The translations under genes were made by a program, and so were the position numbers. 32,443 nt of DNA, taken from contig JAQCIU010000034.1 of the NCBI GenBank assembly GCA_027593235.1, positions 1-32,443 on the forward strand, in the 5' to 3' direction. Below the pieces are notes generated by a model that had not been told where the DNA came from, did not search any database, and was given only the letters and a program-made list of their open reading frames with translations. Shown here piece after piece: positions 25,977 through 32,443 of this stretch. This stretch comes from Chloroflexota bacterium. GTDB lineage: Bacteria; Chloroflexota; Dehalococcoidia; UBA2979. Position 1 is the stretch's first letter. The number at the start of each line of letters is the position of its first letter.

Positions 25977-26028
25977 CCCGTTCCGGGCTCGCATTGCCTT
26001 CGGCTCGGGTTCGCTCTGTTCCGGCCTG
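25977..26028 (+). repeat. Double-hairpin repeat, type B, downstream of ECF sigma
   Basis: CCCG-TTC-CGGG-CTCGCATT-GCC-TTC-GGC-TCGGGTTCGCTCTGTTCCGG; 41-nt core has 3 mismatches to 28095-28135. Confidence 0.8.
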
Positions 26029-26037
26029 TGTCCACCG

Positions 26038-26646
26038 TCAGTCCGTGACGAGGTCGGCCTCTGCGAGGTGACCTCGTAGTTCGCGCGCGGCGCGGTAGTG
26101 CTGGGCGCGGACGGCCTGCTCCGACTTGCCGAGGGCGGCGCCGATTTCGCGGTGCGAGAGGCCCTGGAAATGGCGGAGTACCAGTACCTCGCGTTGTTCG
26201 TCAGGGAGACGGAGCAGCGCGACTCGGATCCGCTCTCGTTCCTCGGAGCGTTCGGCCATTGCCTCGGGCGCCGCGTGCTGGTCGTCGTCGGCGACCTCTG
26301 CGACGGCCTCGAGGTCCACGGTGGCGCTCCGTTTCGAGGCGACGGCGAGGGCGCGGCGGTGTGCGATGCGGTAGAGCCAGCCGTCGAAGGCGGCGGGTTT
26401 GCGGAGCTTCGGCAGGTCGCGCCACGCCTCGACAAAGGTGTCGGCGACGGCGTCCTCGACGGGGTCGCCGCTGCGCAGCAGGCCGCGCACGTAGCGCATG
26501 ATCGGCGCGACGCGCGCCCGGTAGAGGGCCGCGAACGCGTCGCGGTCGCCCGACCGGGCCGCCTCGACGAGGGCGAGTAGCTCCTCGGACGAGACGGCGG
26601 CAGCGGGGGTGGTCGTGCGAGTCGTCACCCGGCTAGCTGTCGTCAT
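26038..26646 (-). CDS. ECF-family RNA polymerase sigma-70 factor
   Basis: Region 2 (GDRDAFAALY...EDAVADTF...FDGWLYRIA) and region 4 (LPDEQREVLVLRHFQGLSHREIG). Confidence 0.95.
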   Translation of the reverse strand: MTTASRVTTRTTTPAAAVSSEELLALVEAARSGDRDAFAALYRARVAPIMRYVRGLLRSGDPVEDAVADTFVEAWRDLPKLRKPAAFDGWLYRIAHRRALAVASKRSATVDLEAVAEVADDDQHAAPEAMAERSEERERIRVALLRLPDEQREVLVLRHFQGLSHREIGAALGKSEQAVRAQHYRAARELRGHLAEADLVTD

Positions 26647-28000
26647 TGGAGCTGCTCGTCGGGCTCTCGTTGAGGTGGTTGGTGACCTCGAAGGTCACCT
26701 GGTCGCCGTCCAATCTGGCGTCGATGCGCCATTGCGTGGTGCCTCGAGCGAAGCGGACCTCGATGCGGTCGCTTCGCACGTCCTGGTCGACGATCGTCCA
26801 TCCGCTGTTCGGCGTGGCGGCGATGAGCGAGAGGCCGTTGCTGGTGCCGAGGGTGACGGTGCCACCGGCTCCGACCGTGACGCCGTGCGTCCCGCTGCCC
26901 AGTGCGAAGCCGCCGCCGGAGCCGCTACTCGCGCCCGGCGTTGAGGTGGCGCCCGGCGTACTCGTCGCTCTCGGAGTCGAGGTGACCCCCGGCGTCGAGG
27001 TCGCACCGGGGGTGCTCGTCGCGGCGGGCGTCGATGTCGCGTTGCCACTACCGGATGAGCCGCTGCCTGAGGAGCCACTACCGCTGTTCGAGCCGCCCTC
27101 GGAGCGGTCGACCTTCGTCTTGATCAGGCCGCCTTCGAACTCGGCCTCGAATTCGACTTCGAGTCCGTCACCGCGTTCGAATCGAACCTTCAACTCGTCG
27201 CCGAGTGTGACTTCGGGGGTGGCAGTCCAACCCGGTTCTGGTCGTATCGCTCGGACTGCGAGCGTCCCATCGCGCACCTCGATCACCACGAAGCCGGCGC
27301 CACCGACGGCGAACGCATGGAGCCCTTTGCCGGTGGTGACCAGCGCGTCAGCGCTCACGGCGAGCGGGAGCAGTGGGTTGTTCGGATCGCGGCCCTGAAG
27401 CGCAGCCTCGACCTGTTGTGTCGCCTGGCCCACCTGCGAGACGACGGTACCGGCGGGTCGCTGGTTGACGAGCAGTGCCTCGACCGCCTGCAGCGACGTG
27501 ATCGCCGCGCTCAGGTCGGTGAGGTCGAGGTCCCCGAGGGCGGACGGGTCGTCCTGAATGCGGAGCAGCAGCGCGTCGGCCCGCTCACGCAGATCGGCGA
27601 GTTCCGCCTCGGTGAGCGCGTCATCGCTGAGGGCGGTGCTGGTGGCGGCGGACAGGTCGTCCACGGCCTGGAGGATGGCGGCGCTGGCGCTGTTCCCGCC
27701 GAGGGACGGGACGACGAGGACGGCGGCGACCATGACCGCCGCCGCGGTGCCGACGAGCGCGACACGCCGGCCCGGCACAGCGATCAGGCCGCCCAGCGCA
27801 GCACCGATCGAGGCGTGCCATGGCCGCGCCTGCGGCCCCAGCTCGCTCTGGACGCGCTGCCAGAGCTGTGCCTCGCTAGCGGTGTTCGTCTCGGGGTGGT
27901 CGGGGTCGCCTCGAAACAGGGTGTCGAGGGCGCGATCGGCGTCCTCGATGCTGTCGGCGTCGGGCGGGCGCTGGTCGGTCATGCGGTGGTGTCCGCTCAC
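26633..28000 (-). CDS. Single-pass membrane protein, probable anti-sigma factor with repeated extracellular domains
   Basis: Short N-terminal domain, hydrophobic segment ALVGTAAAVMVAAVLVV, two copies of a G.G.V....L......P..GW.......(L/I).VRF.RG domain separated by a Ser/Gly and ATSTP linker; overlaps the sigma start; GGAGG before GTG 28000. Confidence 0.75.
   Translation of the reverse strand: MSGHHRMTDQRPPDADSIEDADRALDTLFRGDPDHPETNTASEAQLWQRVQSELGPQARPWHASIGAALGGLIAVPGRRVALVGTAAAVMVAAVLVVPSLGGNSASAAILQAVDDLSAATSTALSDDALTEAELADLRERADALLLRIQDDPSALGDLDLTDLSAAITSLQAVEALLVNQRPAGTVVSQVGQATQQVEAALQGRDPNNPLLPLAVSADALVTTGKGLHAFAVGGAGFVVIEVRDGTLAVRAIRPEPGWTATPEVTLGDELKVRFERGDGLEVEFEAEFEGGLIKTKVDRSEGGSNSGSGSSGSGSSGSGNATSTPAATSTPGATSTPGVTSTPRATSTPGATSTPGASSGSGGGFALGSGTHGVTVGAGGTVTLGTSNGLSLIAATPNSGWTIVDQDVRSDRIEVRFARGTTQWRIDARLDGDQVTFEVTNHLNESPTSSSNDDS
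26933..27040 (-). repeat. Six 18-bp coding repeats (ATSTPG-like)
   Basis: ATSTPA ATSTPG ATSTPG VTSTPR ATSTPG ATSTPG with synonymous divergence. Confidence 0.85.
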
Positions 28001-28082
28001 GTGGTCCTCCGGTGCACTGTCACGGCATCGCGTTCCATGATGCCGCTAGAGATAAGGGGCCGCCGTCGACCAAAACGTGACG

Positions 28083-28135
28083 GTGCCTTCGGCACTCGTA
28101 TTGCCTTCGGCTCGGGTGCGCTCTGTTCCGGGCTG
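28083..28135 (+). repeat. Double-hairpin repeat, type B, upstream of the anti-sigma gene
   Basis: GTGCC-TTC-GGCAC-TCGTATT-GCC-TTC-GGC-TCGGGTGCGCTCTGTTCCGG. Confidence 0.8.
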
Positions 28136-28235
28136 GCGACGGGGCGGGCTCGTGGTCGGCGAGGCGGCTCACGAGGATGGCGGGTGTCGCAGCGCCGACT
28201 CACTGCGGCGTGATCGGTCCTGACTGAACAGCGGT

Positions 28236-29465
28236 GTGGCTGTAGCGTCTCCGGCGGGTCGCACGCTGCGGCTGAAGAGAGCCGGTCCCTTGCTGTTCAT
28301 CGTTCCGCTGGTTGTCGTGGTCCTCCTCGCGCTCGCGGCGCTGGTCGCTGCCTGGATCGGGTCGACCCGCGTCCACCGCGAGGGGATGCGACACGAGCTG
28401 CCGCGCCATCCGATCCGCGCGCGCGTCATCGAGGTAGGCGCTGACTCGGTGGTGCTGCTGGCAGTGGGGAAGCGACGCCTGAAGACCGAAGGCACGTGGG
28501 CGCTGTCGTGGCTGGGCGGGACCGCCCGGGTGACGTGCGCGGCATCCGAGGTCGGCTCGGACGGCGGCGAGCCCTCGGATGGCGTGCGCTACGCGCCCAA
28601 AGGTGGAGTGCGCTACGCGCTGGGGGACGTGCGCGGGGAGCTGGCGGTCGGCGACGAGTGCGAGCTGGACGCGGCGCTCGAGCTGCCTCGCGAGGGGGCG
28701 GGCGCGCCCGTGGAGGTGTCGTACCCGACGCCGCTGGGCGAGTACCCGGGGCGCTTCGTCGCCGGCAGCGGTTCGACCTGGCTGGTGGTGGTGCACGGTC
28801 AGAGCAATACGACGCGCGTGCGGTTCCGGCTGCTGGACGCGGCGGGCCGCGAGCCCGCGCCGAAGCTCGCTGTGAGCTACCGAGGCGACCCCGGCACGCC
28901 GCCGACCGAGGACGGCAACTTCCACTTCGGACGCACCGAGTGGGAGGACCTGGAGTCGGGCGTCCAGTACGCCCTCGATCAGGGCGCGTCGCGGGTGGTG
29001 CTGGTGGCGGAGAGCATGGGCGGCGCGGTGGCGCTGTGGTTCATGCGGAACTCGCCGCTGGCCGATCGCGTGGACGGACTGTTCCTGGACGCGCCGATGC
29101 TGGACTTCCAGACGGCGGTTACTTGGACGGGTGGCACGACGGGATTCCCGAGGCCGCTGATCTGGCTGGGGCGCACGCTGGCGGCGTGGCGGTTCTCGAT
29201 CGACTGGTCGCGCTACGACGCCCGGCCGATCCTGGAGGAGCTGTCGGTGCCGGTGCTCATCGTGCACGGGGATCGAGACGGCCAGATCCCGGTCGCGTTG
29301 AGTATCGACGCGGCGACCGCGAATCCGGGCGCAGTGAGGGTGGAATGGTTCGCGTCGGCGGGGCACTGCCAGAGCTGGAACGTCGACCCGGAACGCTACG
29401 ACGCGCTGCTGTCGCGGTTCGTCCGCGAGGCGCGGTCCGTACCCGAGTTGCAGCCGGTCGGTTGA
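28236..29465 (+). CDS. Membrane-anchored alpha/beta hydrolase
   Basis: N-terminal TM helix; VVVHG, AESMGG nucleophile elbow, HGDRD, AGH triad pattern. Start codon uncertain. Confidence 0.88.
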   Translation: MAVASPAGRTLRLKRAGPLLFIVPLVVVVLLALAALVAAWIGSTRVHREGMRHELPRHPIRARVIEVGADSVVLLAVGKRRLKTEGTWALSWLGGTARVTCAASEVGSDGGEPSDGVRYAPKGGVRYALGDVRGELAVGDECELDAALELPREGAGAPVEVSYPTPLGEYPGRFVAGSGSTWLVVVHGQSNTTRVRFRLLDAAGREPAPKLAVSYRGDPGTPPTEDGNFHFGRTEWEDLESGVQYALDQGASRVVLVAESMGGAVALWFMRNSPLADRVDGLFLDAPMLDFQTAVTWTGGTTGFPRPLIWLGRTLAAWRFSIDWSRYDARPILEELSVPVLIVHGDRDGQIPVALSIDAATANPGAVRVEWFASAGHCQSWNVDPERYDALLSRFVREARSVPELQPVG

Positions 29466-29604
29466 TCTTCGGAGAACCCCTCGACAGGGAGCCCCGCTGC
29501 GGGTGTGCCCGTCGAGTAGGTCCATCCTGCCGAGGCCATGCCGCGGCGCCTCGATAGCGGCTATCGTCCTCGGGTGAGCGGCACGGCGATGGAGGGATGC
29601 GGCG

Positions 29605-30444
29605 ATGGCGGACGTGGAGATCGAGGTCAGCGACGGGGTGATGGTCGCGACGATGAACCGGCCGGAGCGGATGAACTCGCTCGGCGGGACGCTGTCGAAG
29701 GAGCTACGGGCAGCCGTTGATCGGGCGTCGTGCGACGACGACGTGCGCGTGCTGCTGCTGACCGGCGCGGGCCGCGCCTTCTGCGCCGGCGCCGAGGTGA
29801 CAGGCGATTCGCCCGCCACACTGGCCGGCCCCGCTCCCGGAAGCTCCGCCGGCGGGGCCAGCGACGGCGCTCCGACCCGCTCGCGCTACGACCGGATGAA
29901 CGTGCAGGCCGGGTCCGCCGAGTTCGCGCAGGCGTTCGCGGAGTGCGATGTGCCGATCATCGGCGCGATCAACGGGGCGGCGGCTGGCGCGGGCTTCGGC
30001 ATCGCGCTCTGCTGCGACGTGCGGATCTTCGGCGAATCGGGACGCCTCGGATCGATCTTCATCCACCGAGGGGTGGCGTCCGACTACGGCGCGGCGTACT
30101 GGCTGCCTCGAATCATCGGCGTCGCGAAGGCGTTCGAGGTGTTTTACGACGGCCGGATGATGGACTCGGCGCGCGCGCTGGAGCTGGGCCTGGCGAACCG
30201 CGTGGTGCCGGACGACGAGCTGATGACCGAGGCGATGACGTACGCGCGCCAGATCGCGTCCGGCCCGCCGATGGGCTACACGGGCGTGCGGCGGCTGCTG
30301 CAAGACTCGGTGAACAACATCGAGCGGGGCGTGTTCCTCGATCGCGAGTGGGCGGCGCAGACGGCGCTCCTCCGCACCAGCGACGCCGCCGAAGGCTTCC
30401 GCAGCTTCGTGGAGCGCCGCGATCCGGAGTTCACCGGGACGTAG
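29605..30444 (+). CDS. Enoyl-CoA hydratase/isomerase (crotonase) family protein
   Basis: NRPERMNSL, TGAGRAFCAGA, AINGAAAGAG, EGFRSFVERRDPEF; GGAGG RBS. Confidence 0.94.
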   Translation: MADVEIEVSDGVMVATMNRPERMNSLGGTLSKELRAAVDRASCDDDVRVLLLTGAGRAFCAGAEVTGDSPATLAGPAPGSSAGGASDGAPTRSRYDRMNVQAGSAEFAQAFAECDVPIIGAINGAAAGAGFGIALCCDVRIFGESGRLGSIFIHRGVASDYGAAYWLPRIIGVAKAFEVFYDGRMMDSARALELGLANRVVPDDELMTEAMTYARQIASGPPMGYTGVRRLLQDSVNNIERGVFLDREWAAQTALLRTSDAAEGFRSFVERRDPEFTGT

Positions 30445-30571
30445 CGTCTGCGCCGGTGAGGTGAGGCGATCCCACTGGCTGTGAGGTTACGGGGAACCGG
30501 ACGGCGTCTGAGACGTTAGCTGTAAGAGGGCGGCCGGACGTGCCGCCTCTGCAGCTACACCCGGAATCCTC

Positions 30572-31813
30572 GTGAGCATCGCTCTACCTCGGCTCCTTCG
30601 CGCGCTCGCGCTGACCGCACTCCTCGGAGCAACGCTGTTCCTCGGCGGTTGCATCTCCGGCGACGGGGATGGCGACGGCTCGCCGACCGCAACGCCCGAG
30701 GCGACGCCGACTGCCGAGGTGACGGCGTCGCCGACGGGGGTGGCGACGGCGACTGTCGAGCCGGTCGCGCAGACTCGCCCGATCAGCGGGTTGTTCAACG
30801 AGCCGCGTGAGACCACCCCGGACATCGTGCGCATGCTCACGCCGAGGCCGCCGTCTCCGTTCGAGCTGCCGGATCGCGGAGACGTCGTGCTCTACGACAC
30901 GCGTGAGGGCACCGAGGAGAACCTCGGTCCCGGCGTGTCGAAGGCGTTCAGTCCGGACGGGACGCGGCTCGCGTGGACGGCTGGACTGCCAACGGAGGCA
31001 GGTGAGATCTGGGTGCTCGACCTCCAGACCGGCGAACGGAAGGCGTTGGGAGCCGGGTGGGTGACCTTGTGGACCGACGACGAGACGTTATACGTCCAGG
31101 ACTATCGCACCAACGAGCGTGAGTTCGTCGACGCCGGGACTGGGGATCGAGCGGCAGCACCGGGGCAGGAAGTCGTCTTTCCGCCGCTCGGATCACCAGT
31201 CGAGGCTGGTGGCTACCAGCTTCGATATGAGGCGCTTGGCGACTACCCGCGCTGGAGCTCGACTTACCTCGTGGAGGACCTGAGCGGCGCACGGTTGCCG
31301 CTCCGCTTCGATGTGTATCGCGCGGTGCTGGCGCCCGACGGGGCATTGTTCGTGGCGACCACGCCGGAGGAGCCGAGCGGTCCCGATCCGAATGCCGGTC
31401 CCCACATCGAGACGGGGTTGAGCAACCTCTTCGAGGTCGACCTGGACACCGGCGAAGCGACGTTCATCGCGACGGCGCTGGTGACGGCGCCCGGCTGGCC
31501 GTTCTCCGCGAGTGAGTCGATCGTCGTCTGGACGGAGGACGCCTGCTCGGCGGTGGACGAGCCGACGCACCGGATGCTGATCCGTGACCGACGCTCGGGC
31601 AGCCTCACGGCGATCGCGCCCGGCGCGTGGATCAGTGATGCGGTCGACACGCGGATTGGCCTCGACCAGCTCGGGATTAGCGCGTGGCTCGACACCGACA
31701 CCCTCGAGTACGTGTCCGTGCTTCCGGAGGAGGTCTTGTTCGCCGCGTGGTCATCCGACGGCCGCTACGCGGCGACGAGCTTCAACTTTGGATCGGACGG
31801 GTCTTGTGGCTAA
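30572..31813 (+). CDS. Lipoprotein with Thr/Pro linker and probable beta-propeller (TolB/PD40-like) domain
   Basis: Lipobox LGGC, ATPEATPT linker, FSPDG..LAW, WSSDGRY repeats. Confidence 0.82.
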   Translation: MSIALPRLLRALALTALLGATLFLGGCISGDGDGDGSPTATPEATPTAEVTASPTGVATATVEPVAQTRPISGLFNEPRETTPDIVRMLTPRPPSPFELPDRGDVVLYDTREGTEENLGPGVSKAFSPDGTRLAWTAGLPTEAGEIWVLDLQTGERKALGAGWVTLWTDDETLYVQDYRTNEREFVDAGTGDRAAAPGQEVVFPPLGSPVEAGGYQLRYEALGDYPRWSSTYLVEDLSGARLPLRFDVYRAVLAPDGALFVATTPEEPSGPDPNAGPHIETGLSNLFEVDLDTGEATFIATALVTAPGWPFSASESIVVWTEDACSAVDEPTHRMLIRDRRSGSLTAIAPGAWISDAVDTRIGLDQLGISAWLDTDTLEYVSVLPEEVLFAAWSSDGRYAATSFNFGSDGSCG

Positions 31814-31988
31814 GCGACGGCTCGCGCTGACCGCACTCCTCGGAGCGTCGCTGCTCCTCGGTGGCTGCATCTTCGGCGATGGGGACGGCTCGGCGACCGC
31901 AACGCCCGAGGCGACGCCAACTGCCGCTCTGATCGAGTGGAACGCCGATGGCCCGCATCTCCTCGTGTCGTGGCGGGACGGTGTCTAG
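31806..31988 (+). pseudogene. 60-codon internally deleted paralog of the upstream lipoprotein
   Basis: VAKRRLALTALLGASLLLGGCIFGDGDGSATATPEATPTAALIEWNADGPHLLVSWRDGV*; 31820-31926 is a close DNA copy of 30604-30716; start overlaps the upstream stop. Confidence 0.7.
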
Positions 31989-32077
31989 CCGAGACCCTTT
32001 TGCCCACCGGCCGTCGGAGGTCCGGCGGGCGTCTCCGATATCCTCCCGCACGCACGCTGATCCGAGGGGAGCGTCCA

Positions 32078-32443
32078 ATGGGCGAGGTAACGCACGTCAA
32101 TCCGGGCGGGCTATACGGCGGGACGCCGTATCACTACGGCTCAGTCGTCGGACCGGGCTCGATGCTGTTCACGGCGGGTGCGTGCCCGCTCGATGACGAG
32201 GGCACCGTAGTGGCGCCCGGGGATTTCGAGGCGCAGGCGCATCGGGCGATCGACAACCTCGAGGCGGTGCTGGCGGAGGCGGGCGTCGGGGTGGCGGAGC
32301 TGGTGCGGACGACGGTGTACGTCGTCGGGGAGCAGGCGCGGCTGGTGGAGGTGTGGAATGTGGTGTCGGAGCGGCTGGCTCCGCACACGCCGCCGAGCAC
32401 GCTGCTGGGTGTGGCGGCGCTGGGCTACACGAACCAGCTCGTG
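32078..32443 (+). CDS. RidA/YjgF/UK114 family protein (3'-truncated by window edge)
   Basis: MGEVTHVNP...LFTAGACPLD...DFEAQA...NLEAVL...VRTTVYV...PPSTLLGVAALGYTNQLV; GAGGGGAG RBS. Confidence 0.9.
   Translation, partial: MGEVTHVNPGGLYGGTPYHYGSVVGPGSMLFTAGACPLDDEGTVVAPGDFEAQAHRAIDNLEAVLAEAGVGVAELVRTTVYVVGEQARLVEVWNVVSERLAPHTPPSTLLGVAALGYTNQLV

Noticed and set aside
28581-28620. GVRYA duplication in the alpha/beta hydrolase
   Set aside because: Single short in-frame duplication (24-nt period) in a probable loop; no evidence of function.

Overview
High-GC bacterial chromosomal window. The gene style suggests Chloroflexota (Dehalococcoidia-like) or possibly Actinomycetota; this is an inference. 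It is mostly a mosaic of catabolic and accessory genes: 3-hydroxyacyl-CoA dehydrogenase, BVMO plus esterase, nucleoside hydrolase, MDR and SDR oxidoreductases, an Fe-ADH-fold protein, NudC, an Ltp2-like thiolase-fold protein with DUF35, a crotonase and RidA. It also holds three paralogous double-GNAT proteins, LysR/SnoaL, a TM0106-like PD-(D/E)XK plus RNase H-like nuclease, a Gly-rich RRM protein, an ECF sigma cassette and a lower-GC orphan AIPR gene. It opens with the right end of an IS256-family element inserted in an LLM oxidoreductase gene. Three signals are not shown by the ORF track. (i) A stand-alone 39-aa ORF (25349-25468, -; MKYERP...CPEGYAYVPGEGC...) has its own promoter, RBS and terminator and resembles an RRE-dependent RiPP precursor. 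(ii) A family of about 9 intergenic double-hairpin repeats has covarying stems around an invariant TTC/GAA triloop, and most start exactly at stop codons. (iii) Several genes carry single lesions: an in-frame TGA at an expected Trp, an in-frame TAG, an ATT start and a 1-nt frameshift. No rRNA, tRNA or CRISPR array was seen.
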